Positions 26,315 to 39,639 of a stretch of 64,000 bases of DNA are shown here, one piece after another; the first letter of the stretch is position 1, and the number at the start of each line of letters is the position of its first letter. The notes under the pieces were generated by a model. It was not told where the DNA came from. It searched no databases and was given only the letters and a program-made list of their open reading frames with translations. Source of the DNA: Octopus vulgaris (lineage: Eukaryota); contig OX597825.1 in NCBI GenBank assembly GCA_951406725.2, positions 44,826,001-44,890,000 of the forward strand. The letters run 5' to 3'. A program made the translations under genes and the position numbers.

Positions 26315-27750
26315 TTACGGTTGGGACAGCGAGCATGACAGTTTAAATCTGCATGCTTCCCCTTCTTCCTCCCTTGTGGTCGTAGCTGCAGGGTTCTTAA
26401 CCGGCATTGCCATCGGGCTCTGGGTAGGTGTGGTTGCTGGGGTTATAGTAAGTTTGCCTTCCAGTATTTCGTTAGTTACGTCTCTGATTAGGTTATTTTT
26501 AAAATGTTCTTGGAGTGTTTTTTCCTTCCACTCGTCTTCCTTTATTTTTGCAAAACAAGTGGTCGACTTAGTGTCTGCAGACTTACTGAATAATTTCAGT
26601 TTTGAAAATTTTAAATACTTAAACACTCTATCGTTCCTCTCGTCGAATGCTACAATCTTTTCATTTTTTTTCATCAATTTTTTCCAATCTTGTTTTATGG
26701 GGAGGGGCTTGGCGAACTATGTTCCAATGAATACAGTGCCGTGGGGGTAGGGCTGGGGAATTTGTTTTGTATGTATCTCTGCGGTGTTTGCTGATTTTTT
26801 CTTTGTTTGGGGAGGGGAGTCCAGGGTATTTTCTTTTTTCTTTTGTGTGTCACCTGTGTAAATTCCATTTGTTCATTTTTATCTTCCGTTTCGATTCCCT
26901 TCCTTGTCGCAGTCTTGGGGTCTTTTTCCGCCTTTTCTTTTTCTGTGTTTGAAGCACTTTGAGGAGGGGCTTCGCTGTTTTTCTTTTTTTTTATGCAGTT
27001 CGAGCGGACGTGACCCTTTTCACCACATTTGAAAAACCTAGGTCTGCGCCCCTCCACTGACACTCTCATTGTAATTCCCTCCTCAATAAATACCCTATCG
27101 GGTAAGATTTCTAGCACATTATGTTCTGCTTGAACGAGGAGTTCGAGCGCTTGTCCCTTCCAGTTTACCTCCTCTTTCCTTTTCATCTGCAGAATTGAGA
27201 CTTTCTGCTCTACGTCGTGCAGAACCGCCGCTGCTACCCACATTATATCATATCCTCTTGGTATGTCTTCCACATATAGTTTCGCAGTTCTTTTGCCCAT
27301 ATAGGTAGGTAGTAACATGATGTCCTCACTTTTTAAGGTCATCGATGAAATCTCTCTTGCCACATCAGCCGAGTAGAAATGTGCTTCAACGGTAGCGCTG
27401 CGGGCACCTCGACCGACGTAGCGAATTTTGCTCCACACCGGGGACAAGCACTTCTCTACTATCACGTTCTTCACGTCCATTATTTTTTTCTCTTTGTTAC
27501 TGTAAACCTTGTACACGACTGTCTTGGCCTTTATTTCCTGTAATATCGCTTGCGGCGGTACCAGTTTTATTTCGTTGCCTTCCTTTTTGACCAAGTTCCG
27601 GTATTCGAACAACTGTTCTATTTTGAATTCCACTTCCATTACGGTTCCGCCCACTGCGGCCGAAAAAGACTGTTTTCTAACCTCGATATCCTTCTGTTCA
27701 CATTTTCCCATCACGGGAAAGTCGCTCCTCGACGCCAAGTCGAACTCCAT
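26315..27750 (-). pseudogene. Tx1 ORF1 (gag-like nucleic-acid chaperone), frameshifted
   Basis: 351-aa ORF with EGRRPRFFKCGEKGHVRSNC (CCHC knuckle, first Cys lost), continued by ORF 26315-26677. Confidence 0.8.
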
Positions 27751-27991
27751 TTCTCAAATTATGAGAACCAATTTTTCAAAAGAAAAAAAAAAGATTACCC
27801 CGAAGGTAATAACAATGTTTATACACAGAATTTTCAGCCCCGTAGGGCGAAAATTACTGTCACACAACGGACAACTGTTCAATTCACGAGCAAGCACAAA
27901 CAACGACGAACAAAAAACGAACTCACTCAACAAAATAGGCAGCTAACTTCTCAATACGCAGATGAAAGAGGGGTCCCTAGACGAGTCAAAA

Positions 27992-28533
27992 CACCGGTTT
28001 TCGATGAAAGGAGTCCCAATGCAAATACTTATATCGTTTTTCCAGTAACTTTTCGTCACTGATCTCGAAAAACTGTCTGCAAGCAATAATAAATCTCTGA
28101 ACGAGGTATAAACAGTAGCTGCACGACAATGTGAGGTATACTTGCCATCTCAATATGGCTAACCACTAAGGGTGGGTGTTACTGTTACTTGTAGCCCTAG
28201 GAGAACATCGAGATTTATTAATGCTTGCATACAGTTTTTCGAGATCAGTGACGAAAAGTTACTGGAAAATCGATATAAGTATTTGCATTGAGACTCCTTT
28301 CATCGAAAACCGGTGATTGTCGTACGCTGAGGACAGGTCAATACCTAGAAACTACAGTCCGTGCGTATCACTTAGGTTGACGAGGGAAGGATGACCTCCC
28401 TTTGCAAATACCAAAAGTGCACAGAAAGTGTGACTAAAGCCAGCTGGAGACGATGTTCTCCTGGGGCTACAAGCTACAGTAACACCCACCCTTAGTGGTT
28501 AGCCATATTGAGATGGCAAGTATACCTGACATT
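27992..28533. repeat. HHR-repeat (retrozyme-like) monomer plus inverted, circularly permuted partial copy
   Basis: + strand unit 28211-28533. The minus-strand segment 28210-27992 joins the unit's 3' end to its 5' start. Confidence 0.85.
28321..28365 (+). ncRNA. Type I hammerhead ribozyme, canonical core
   Basis: cgtacg-CTGAGGA-caggt-caat-accta-GAAA-ctacag-TC-cgtgcg. Stem I is extended by GTGAT/ATCAC, AACC/GGTT and TATTTGCA/TGCAAATA. Confidence 0.85.
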
Positions 28534-28534
28534 A

Positions 28535-28609
<75 letters not shown>

Positions 28610-28642
28610 TGAGAGAGATAGGTAGGTAGGTAGGTAGGTAGG

Positions 28643-28727
<85 letters not shown>

Positions 28728-29589
28728 GCATATATATGTACAGGACGTCACAAAACGTAAAGAACATGAAATATGAAATACGAAATAATTTTGATGCGAC
28801 TCTACCCTGTACTGTTCTCTCTAACCCCTTTCGTATTCTCTCACTTCCTTTCCATAACTCATTTTCCTCTTTCGTTTCTCTCTCTCATCCTTTCTCTAAT
28901 TCTTTCTCTCCCCTTCACCGTTTTCTACCTGTCTCTCTCTTTCTTCTCCTTTACTCTCTCCCGTTGCTCAAACGTGACCATTGTCCATGTTTCTTGCCCT
29001 CGCGTGATCATCGTTCTTTTCCTTCAGTCTGTCGTACAAAACAGACGCATTCTTATCTGTCTCCTTTTCTATCTTTTCTCTTGTCAAAGGCTATGTTCCT
29101 CCAGTGTTCTCTACCTTACCTCGTCTGGCCTATCGGCCCTCCATGTGTATAGGCGTATGTGGCAGAGGGCTGCGTGCACGAGGATTCTTCTGTGTGTGTT
29201 CATATGTGATTGCTTATGCATGTGCGCCCCGTATAAGTAGGGGGAATTAAGGGTTTGGGGTGCACTAGACTATAGGTGTCAGACTCTACAGATTCAGGAG
29301 ATTGGTGGTAGGCGGCAATACTCATGGAGGTTGGTGACAGTATCCAGGAATGAAACCTCCGAGTTGGCAGAAAACTATAAACCCATTTATTTCCTAAGCA
29401 TTTTACAAGCTGTACAAAAACTGTCAATCAATTCCTCCAGGATCATAGTGATTCCAACAACACAGTGACTAGTGAGCATGAAGGTTGAAGCAAAATAAGC
29501 ACGTGCTTATGGCATCAAGGGAAGGAGGGAACACTACAAAAATGGTAAATGGTTTACGGCACTAAAGGAATCACTTTAAACTTGATAAA

Positions 29590-29889
29590 ATAATATTTGG
29601 TGTGCCTTTATCTCTACTAAGTATAAATACAGATGTATTACCTAAGATTAATTTTGAGGATCTGATCAAAGACTTTACAATTCAAAAAATTAGGAGGATA
29701 CTTTTCAAATATAAATAAAGTGGACGTATACGAAAATAAACATTATTTTCCCTCTTACTGTTTTGTTTCGTTTAGAAAAACATTTATATTATGTTTTTTT
29801 ATTGTTTATATTTTGAATTACATTATCTTTTATGGGGCACCAAAATCTTTTAAGTGTTTAGGGCCTCGATGGGTCTTAGTCCAGCCCTG
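29590..29889 (+). mobile_element. hAT transposon 3' remnant
   Basis: LSLLSINTDVLPKINFEDLIKDFTIQK (hATC-like), ending in a ...CCAGCCCTG terminus. Confidence 0.55.
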
Positions 29890-29899
29890 CTCCTAAGCA

Positions 29900-30880
29900 A
29901 CAATATTCGGTCTGTTATGTTTACACATGACAGATGTTTTGATGGGAATGTTACACCAATATTCGTTGTGTTGATGTTTATGTATGTAGTCAATGCAGAG
30001 GTTTTCTCTGTATTTATCTCAGGGCAATTGGGGTTTTTAGAGGATATGTTTTAGTTTTTAGATGGTATTGTATATTGTTTTAGTGAAAATATAGTGTCAC
30101 ATAGGATAGTAATACTTTGATAACATTTTTGGGTAGCCGGTGATAACATGTGTGCTATCTTCTACAGAAGTGTGACATAATCTACATTTTCCATTGCACT
30201 ATGGGTCTCTAAAGATTTCACTGTCTCTTTTGGTTATTTAGAATTTTTTATCAGTCTCCTCTTCGTGAATTGCAAACGCATAGTTTTTGAAGTGTGATAT
30301 AATTCCCCGGTCACGAGTCTAAGAAAGGTTGTATCTCATGTCAATATTACAGCCATCTTCATGTGTCCAGGAAATATATTCACGCATAAACCTTTTATGT
30401 ATGCTGAACGCTTCATATTCAAATCTTCTTCGCGGTACGTTAATCCAACTGTTTTGGGGTTGTATGAGGGATCGCCAGAAAGAGAGTAGGATGTTTTCAC
30501 TTCGCTTCCCAGCAGTAGGTTTATATATTTATTTTTGTTGCTGTTGTTTAGCAGGTGCTCTCTGAAATATATTATCCGACATTCGAGGGCTGTTTGTTCT
30601 GATCTGAAAACTCCTTTATCTTTTCTTAGATAGAGCCTGTCAATATCATTATTCCTTTGGAAGTTTCCTGTTGTCTGTGGAGTGGATTTTCTCTGCAGAC
30701 CAGTAAAGTCCTTAAATGTTGGTATCAGCACCGGTACTATAAATGAATTGTGGGATGTTGTTTTGTTATAAGAGAGGTGTTCCGACTGCCAAATTTTTTT
30801 AAAGTCTGGTGTAATATTATCGAGTCTTCATTCACCGCACCTTTGTATGTTTCCTTCAATGCTTAGGTACTTATAGTATT
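29900..30880 (-). pseudogene. Decayed R4/Dong-like LINE fragment
   Basis: YYKYL; HNSFIVPVLIPTF; GNFQRNNDIDRLYLRKDKG. Confidence 0.6.
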
Positions 30881-32370
30881 CTCTGTGTGAAATAAGAGTA
30901 GTACATTTGCCAAGCGCAGGAACTTTAGCAAAATAGGGTCGAATTCTTGCTATAAATAATTTCATACTGACATAAGGTTTCACCGGTGTTTTCTTACTTC
31001 CAACAGTACAGCTTTGTTTTTCATAAGTTGTTCAGCACATTCCCACACTCCCTTTCTTCAATAGTCACTGTGTTGTTGGACTCACTATGATCCTGCAGGA
31101 ATTGATTGATACAGTTTTTTGTACAGCTTATATTTAATGTTTAGGAAATAAATGGGTCTATTGTTTTCTGCCAACTCGGCGGTTTCATTTTTGGCAAAAA
31201 AAAAAAATTCGTTCGTGCCAATCTGTTATATCAATCTGGCTTTTGAATAAACATATTAATGGCTTTCTGTAAAAAGTCGACCTCTTGAACCAGAATCCAG
31301 CTATTAGGTCTCTTCCAGGTACCTATATCTGCATGTAAGTATGTTTATTTGCTTGTATGCATGTATCGATGTATGGCTTGTTTTTTTATTATTTGAATTT
31401 TCTATAGAATGGAACTTGGTTTTCAACAAAGTAACCAAGATGCATTGCTGGAGTTAGGACAAGAAAAACAAATATCTTATGTTGAACTTTTAGAAAAGTC
31501 CTGCATATATTATTGTGCGGCGTAAGGATTGTGTTTGTAAAGTATCTCTCAAAAGCTTACATTTTCTACATGAAAGTTCTAGCTTTTCGAAATTGTCATT
31601 TAAATATTTACTAACATAGTTCAGTGCATCCTTAATTATAGCTGTTAATTGGTAGAGTATCCATGCGACTCGAAGGAATTACTTACTAGTATTCTCCTTC
31701 TCAATGTTCAACTACTTTTCAGATCATTTACTATAGAGTTATGCAACTTCTCTGGTGTGTATCTCAGGTAATCAGCGGGGGAATATTTTCCGAAGATGGC
31801 CTTTCTAAATCCCATATTATCTGTGCTATGTATTAGACTTGATTCATAAAAGAACATAGTAGCTGGAACATGTTATCGAGGGAATATGAGGAGATATTAC
31901 AAGGCTTTTTGACTCTACCATCTTTCTTTCGTGTTAAGTTCAGTAATCAGAATGTCAGCATGAGTACTGCTACAGCAAACACATTGATTTCTTCTATGCG
32001 GAAAGTTCCGACAACCATATTACGTATGTATGTACGTATGTATGTGCGTACGTATGTATGTATATATGTATGTATGCATGCATGTATGTACGTATGGATG
32101 GATGGATGGATGGATGGACGAATAGATGGTTATGTACGCATATTTGTTAATGTTTGTGCACACAGGTATTGATGTATTTGTATATAAGTGTGTGGTTGCA
32201 TATGTATACTTAGCATGCACTAGCATAGTTAATATATGTTCATATTGTATATTTTATGAATTTAATGAAGAGGAGTAAATTTCGATTAATTCGATTAGCG
32301 CCCACTACACAACAATTGCAGGTGTTTTCATAAAATTACACCACGAATTTACGTAAGCACACATGCCTGG

Positions 32371-32412
<42 letters not shown>

Positions 32413-32701
32413 GCGCGCGCACGCGCACACACACACACGCACGTGCACGCACACACGAAAGAAGAACGCACATATGCACACACATACACACATTGGCGCG
32501 CGCATTTTCGCACTTTTAAAACTCCTACCACTTCAAGTTTCTTGTTTAATCAAATTTTCCTGGAGTAATATTGTTAGAATATTGGCGGATATGGGCATGC
32601 GCATAGATATAAGAATAGCTCAAATAGCGCACATATATACATTCATACACACAAACACACACACACACACATATATACAAATGTGCCTGTATGTTTGTAT
32701 G

Positions 32702-32732
<31 letters not shown>

Positions 32733-32766
32733 ATATGTATGTATATATACAGTATATGTATATGTA

Positions 32767-32815
<49 letters not shown>

Positions 32816-33130
32816 GTATCTATATAAGAATAGGTCAAATAGCACATATATGTGTGTGTGCATGTGTGTATATATATACATATGTATATATGCATATATA
32901 TACACATATGCATATTATATATACATGTGTGTGATGCATGAAATATATATTTATATGTATCTATAGACACGTGGATGCATATATGCTTATAGAAAACCAA
33001 AAGACATTTCAGGATTTCTCATCAATATTATAATGTCATTTATAGAGGACAAGAGGAAATTCAGGCAACCATACCTGGCAATTTATTCTTAAAATGTTAC
33101 TCAATTAAAATATCTATATGAAATGAATAC

Positions 33131-33286
<156 letters not shown>

Positions 33287-33466
33287 ACTTCTTCGTACTT
33301 CATTTTCTTCTAGTAATTCTTGAACAATATAGATTTCTATAAGTTCCACATATTCAGTTGCAAAGCATTTTAATTATATTATCTTAGTCGTTCGTGTTAA
33401 TAGTAGTGGTTTTATGTGTGGGTGTGCATGGATGCATTTTACGTATGTGCTCCTTTGTGCATGCAC

Positions 33467-33501
<35 letters not shown>

Positions 33502-33546
33502 CGTGTGGGTGTGTGAGTGGGTGTGTGTGTGTGCGTGTTTGCGGTT

Positions 33547-33619
<73 letters not shown>

Positions 33620-33849
33620 TATGAACAATCGCATACCTGAAAGTACATGGATGAGAATTCAGTGAGAGAAATAAATGGACATGAATGCATTCACATGTAT
33701 ATTGATATATGAATCAAACATATATTTAACTTTACATGTATGGAAAATATGAAAATAAAGTATATGCACTTTCGCTCACACACAGATGACTTCTGTTTAT
33801 TCATAAAATCCGATTATGACAAACTTCTGCAAGAACTGTGGATCAATTG

Positions 33850-34380
33850 ATGGTTGTACATTGAATCTTTCGTGTACAGTTTTGCCTACAGGTAAGCCAT
33901 TTTAATATATTGTTAGTGAAGCGAAATGTAACAATACATATAGGTGTTTTTTCTCGTTTCTCCTTCAAGTATCGAATGCGTTTCTCCTGCTGACCTTTAA
34001 TTCTCTTCCAAACTGAACGTCGCGTTGTGATGCTTTCCACTGTCGAAGAATTGATATTACTCATTGGTTTTCATTTACTGCTTGAACAGCTTATTTGACC
34101 TTCCATCCAGGTGTTGAGCATGATGTAGTTCACCATACAGCATTCATACATGAGTGCATTATGTTCGAGTCGTCGGAATTGATGCCTGTATAGTGCAGTT
34201 TCAATGATATTCATGTTAGTTCGAATTCGAAGCAAGACTTCGTATGCATAATCGTGTCTTGCAAGATGACTAAAACGATCTTCTTGATACACTAAATGAT
34301 ACTCAAGAATCATTATTTGTAGACTCTATGTGGTCCATGTCACGAAAACATACAGGAGAGTAGAAACGGACTGAATAGGC
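33850..34380 (-). pseudogene. RTE LINE C-terminal remnant
   Basis: LLYVF.TWTT; EVLLRIRTNMNIIETALYRHQFRRLEH (QLRW.GH-like region). Confidence 0.55.
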
Positions 34381-34627
34381 AACAACTTCAAATCTTGAAA
34401 AGTGTATATTCGTTAGAAAATCTTCTAGTAACTAAGGAAATAGGGATAAAGCAGTTGCAACTAACTATTAGTTACTTGCTACTGGTTTATCAAAAAATAA
34501 ATAAGGAGGAGCCGGCATAGACAGATAGTAATCTGGACGCTTATTGTTAAGCTACACACTTAGGAGCAGACGTTGAAATACGGACACGCACACACACGCA
34601 CACGCGCATGTACATATGTATATATGC

Positions 34628-34680
<53 letters not shown>

Positions 34681-34835
34681 GTATGTATATATTTTGTATG
34701 TATATATTATGTATGTATATATTCTATTAATTTGCCTGTACGGCTGATAATTCGCTTACCACTCGTGATGGTATTTTAATAATATCATCCCTATATTTAT
34801 ATACAAATATATATATATATATATATAAATCTTTG

Positions 34836-35150
34836 GTACTCCGTCGTTTACAACGACGAAGGTTCCAGTTGATCCCATAAACAAAGCAGCCTGCATGGGA
34901 ACTTAACGCGCAAGTGACTGAGCACTCCACAGACACGCGCAACCTTAACGTAATTCTCAGACAGATTCAGTGTGACACGAAATGTGGCAAGGATGGCTCT
35001 TTGAAATGCAGATACCACTCATTTTTTCTAGCTGAGTGGACTGGAGTAACGCAAAACGAAGCGTCTTGCTCAAGAACTCAACGCACTGCAGGTAATCGAA
35101 CTCACAAACTTCCGATCTGAGCTGAATACCCTAGCCGCTAAGCCACGCAC
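34836..35150 (-). mobile_element. tRNA-derived SINE family B
   Basis: Reverse complement of 4220-4510, with A box GTGGCTTAGCGG and B box GTTCGATTACC. Confidence 0.8.
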
Positions 35151-35164
35151 TTTTACACACACAT

Positions 35165-35225
<61 letters not shown>

Positions 35226-35226
<1 letters not shown>

Positions 35227-36152
35227 CTAAATAATGCTAAAACTTTAGATATTTGTTCCCGAAATATCTCAGAAATAGTATATTTTATTAATTTTTTTCA
35301 TATATATATTTTCATACTTTATGCAGTGCAGTATGAGGCTTTGTGATATTTGGACCTATATTTATTGATGAAAACGATTAAGAACAATTTGTTTGTTGTT
35401 TCTTGACGAAAAAACACATGGCTTCTGTGACGTAAACACACATACAGAACACAAACATATATTGAATGTCATGGTTGGGGATCAACACAAACACACGCAC
35501 GCTATCTGTGACATATACACACATATAGTCTTCCATCTCTCTCCCTTTAAGAAAAACAAATGCCGACTTTTTGACGTACACGATATCTTAATCATTTAGA
35601 AATATTTTTAAGTTAAAGTGATTTCATAACTGTAAGTTGTTTGTACAGTAAGTATTTATATTTTAGCTTTCTTTAAACAGATAACATTTTAATGTTTTTT
35701 TTTATTATTTTCAAGTGAATACCTTTACAAAACATTTTGGCATATTTAAGAAATATTTTAAAGTAAAAATGGTGTTAAAAATACGGTAAATATTTCGTAA
35801 AAGACCTGTTCCTAACCTCGGTGTGAAATAATTTTTTTCAATGGGGTTTTTCGAGTGCATTCAACGTATCTCAGCTCCAAAGATTTGGCTGCTATTTCTA
35901 GCATATCCTGCTACCACGTAACAGGTATTTGCAATAAAGGACCCGAATACCTGTTACGTGGTAGTAGGGCGTGCAAGAAACAGCAACCAAACCTTTCCTT
36001 TTCCGGAGAAAGGAACCGTTTACGCGTGATTTCAATGTCACATTCGTTGAAAGCATACAAAATAGCGCCGGGAAAAAAAAACCACGAGACAAAACTCCCT
36101 TGCTGAGAAATTCAGACTTTCCAGGTGACCCAACGGGCCACGAGTAATCTAG
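35226..36152 (+). mobile_element. Non-autonomous Helitron-like element
   Basis: A|TCTAAATAAT start. 3' hairpin GTGACCCAACGGGCCAC then CTAG|T. Internal hairpin CTACCACGTAACAGGTATT/AATACCTGTTACGTGGTAG. Confidence 0.6.
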
Positions 36153-36440
36153 TATATATATAGGTGTGTGTATGTGTGTGTGTGTGTGTATAATTTAGAA
36201 AAAAACTCTATTAAACAATTCAATAAAGGAAGATGTTATTCACACCATATAGAAAACATATACTATATAAAAAATTTATTTTAAAAATCAATAAAGTACA
36301 ATAAATAGTAAATAGAAGGCTTATAGAGAATAAGTCCTGGGGTCGATTCGTTTGACTAAAGGCTGTGCTCTAGCATGGCCGCAGTCAAATGACTAAAGCA
36401 AGTAAAAGAATAAAAGAATAAAAGTATACACATATATTTA

Positions 36441-37661
36441 CGAGGGGCGTTCAATAAGTAATGCCCCTGACCCACTTCCCATAGCAGTAGAGCAACGAAA
36501 CTTGGCACAGTTATTAGTCTTTTTCTACATAGGAACAACCCAGAGTTACGCATTTCTCCCATCGTTTGATGCGGCTCTGGAGACCGTTTTTGTAGAAGAA
36601 CCCAGCTTGGTCCTCTAACCTCAACGTGACTTCAGAAATCAAGGCTGCATCATCTGGGAAACGCTTTCCTTTCAAAAACAACTTCATGGCTGGGAAGAGG
36701 TGAAAATCAGAAGGTGCAAGGTCAGGAAAGTAGGGGGGATGGGGGAGGAGTTCATAGCCGCACGCCTGTGCTTTTGATCTGGCGACAAGCGAGTTGTGGA
36801 CCGGAGCGTTGTCCTGCAGGAGGAGGATGCCTTTGCTGATCTTGCCCCGCCTCTTTATTTTGATAACTTCTCTTAATTTCCTCAAAAGTGAAGCATAATA
36901 GGCTCCTGCAATTGTGGTACCCTTTGCCAGGAAATCTGTCATCACTACTCCACTACTCCACAGTGCTTCCACTGCATTGACTGGGCTTTGGTCTCTGGAT
37001 CATCGTGATGGACCCAGGTTTCATCCTGTGTAGTCAGTCTTTTGAAAAATTTTGACTCATCTTCTTGGCACATCTCCAAATTCACCCTCGAGCACTCGAC
37101 GCGTTCTTGCTTCTGGAAAGGCGTGAGCAACCTGGGAATCCATCTGGCAGATACCTTTTGCATATGCAAATGGTCATGAATGATAGTTTCCACAGACCCT
37201 GTACTAATCTTGACCTCATGGGCTATTTGGCGAATAATTATGCGTCGATCTTCCAAAATGGCAGCCTCAACTTGACGGACAGATGCCTCATCAATTGCAG
37301 AAGGGGCGACCAGATCTGGGAGCTGTTTCCACAGAGTTCCGACCATGTTTGAATTCACGATGCCAGCGTTTCACAAGGTCATATGATGGGGCATCATCAC
37401 CATAAGTTACTTTCATTTCATCAAAAGTCTCCCGTGGTGTGCGTCCTTTCAAATACGAAAACCGGATCACTGCTCGACACTCAACAGGCACCATTTCACA
37501 CTTGACTCGGTTCAAACACCTGTAAATCAGAAACCACAATTAATTTAGAGCTGTAATTTGCCACTTACTCTATAGAGATATAAATGATTGCACATGCAAA
37601 CTTTCAGCTAGATCAAATAACTGCAAGTGGGTCAGAGGCATTACTTATTGAACGTCCCTCG
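36441..37661 (-). mobile_element. Mariner transposon (irritans-like), internally deleted and frameshifted
   Basis: 37-bp TIRs CGAGGGGCGTTCAATAAGTAATGCCCCTGACCCACTT with TA flanks. Motifs WIPRLLT, DETWVHH, QDNAPVH and HPPYFPDLAPSDF. Confidence 0.95.
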
Positions 37662-38269
37662 TACATATATTGGATAGAGATATATACATGTATGTATATA
37701 GGTATGTATATTTATATACAAATGTATACACTGACTTGTCCATATATTTACATACACATGTATACACATTTATGTACATATATAACACACACAGTGCATA
37801 CATATATATATGCATATATACAAAACACACACTCCTGCAAAATGAAAGAGTTACAACTCAAGCAGTTTGTTTCCCTTCTATCTTTATCCCACTTCTTTTC
37901 ATTAAATTGACTAAAAAGTTTTTTATTTATTTGTTTAACTGAACCTCCTTGTATATAACATTAATTCATAACATATACACACACATATATATGCACATAC
38001 GTAGATATATTTATATCCTTTTGTATATATGTATAAACATATAGCTATATAAATATGTACGTATGCATGCATGTATGTATATATGTATATTCTTCTCTTT
38101 CTCTTTTTAATTCAGAGTAAATTTTGACTGGCCACCAACATAGTGCCAAGGTTGGGAAGGAAAGTATCTTGTTTCAAGTGTCATTCTTTAAATCTTAAGA
38201 AGGTATTGCAGACTGTTATAATCCCAGATATGGACTTTTTAAGAATGCAAATTAAGGATTATCATTCTC

Positions 38270-38690
38270 TCCCCAAGATTCCAAGTTCTGCCATACTTCG
38301 TTGGTATGTATCTTGTTGCTCCAGTAATAATGGGTATGAAGCTGAAAGTGTATCTTGGGTACTGGGTTTGTGAACTCCTTATCAATGGTCCATAGATGTC
38401 CGCTTTCTCTTGTATTTTTCTAACACATTCGTGTTCAGTGGGCAGCTGACTTCCACAACAAATCTTTCCTTTGTCGTTTCACACAATGATACCTGGTCGG
38501 TTACATTTCAAATTGATGGTTGTTTTAATTTTCAAGTTCCACTAGTATTCTTTTGACCCATCAGTCTCAAAATGGTCAACTTCGTTTGTAGGTGTTGTCG
38601 TTTTTGTTATCCGGTTCCAAACTCTTCTGGCCACCTTATCAAGCCTCATGGGAATACAATATCTCGAAGACATTCTCTCAGTAATATGAT
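38270..38690 (-). pseudogene. R4/Dong-like restriction-like endonuclease remnant
   Basis: DKVARRVW; WNLKIKT..CNRPGIIV; YGPLIR; FIPIITGA. Confidence 0.65.
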
Positions 38691-39639
38691 GTGATGTGAT
38701 GTATGTATGTATGTATGTATGTATGTATGTATGTATGTATGTATGTATGTATGTATGTATGTATGTGTATGCATGCACGTATGATGTATGTATGTGTGTA
38801 TGAACCTTTATATAGACTCGTCTTTCAACATCCTAAGATTAGATCAAAGTCACTGACCCCAGTGCCCCCATTTGACAACATAAAGCGAACTGGAGGAGTG
38901 CAGTTGTGCATAACCTACCGTTTATGGGCTGGTCCTTCACTCTCAGACCCTCTGAAATAAAAGTAATTTGGCAGATATTTGACGACAATAACACTTACAT
39001 ATGCTAACCACGACCCAGCACGGCCATCATAAAAAACAGATGCAGACTCCCTTGTGAGAGGATAACACCCATCAGTGAAATAAGTAGGAGCAAACAAATA
39101 AAACATATCGGTTAAAATACTGCCAGCAGCAGTACTCCATCTCAAATACAACAGAATCTAAAAAGCAACACCGTCAAAACAGCGTGAGGTTCCTCAATGA
39201 TCAAAGGACAACTAAGGGAGCTCGGGTCATTAAAACTTAAGATACAATCGCAAACCCTATTTCTTTTGCAAAAACGCATACAACTATTTTGTCATCCATT
39301 GGCTCACTGATCGATGAACGTAACGTCCTTAAAAATGATGCAAAATATATGGTGGAGATCCTACAGAAGAAACACAGCTCTTCTTTGAGAGATTTTGATG
39401 CAGTTTTCTTGTAACTCCTCAACATATCTTTCTTGACATAACTTTCTATACTGTAGACATCATTGCAAACATTAATAAAATTCAACACAATTCAACGGTG
39501 AATCCTTACAGATTCCTTGCTATTATCCTTCAAGAATGCATACATCACTTGCACACCTTCTTGCTAATTTCTGGAAGAATTCACTTGACTTCGATCTATT
39601 CGTAAATATTTTCTGTATTATGTCAACACCGTTTTTTAG

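Larger units (their letters stand above)
22964..27990 (-). mobile_element. L1/Tx1-clade non-LTR retrotransposon; 5' part present, 3'-truncated, frameshifted
   Basis: ORF1 with a zinc knuckle followed by ORF2 (APE endonuclease, RT, CCHC). No 3' UTR or poly(A). Confidence 0.92.

Noticed and set aside
27940-27995. snRNA or rRNA target site at the Tx1 5' junction
   Set aside because: No recognisable U2, 5S or tRNA sequence; the flank is the HHR repeat.
22857-28189. LTRs or a giant TSD around the 5-kb retroelement
   Set aside because: The element has APE-RT LINE architecture, and the direct repeats are parts of the independent HHR repeat.
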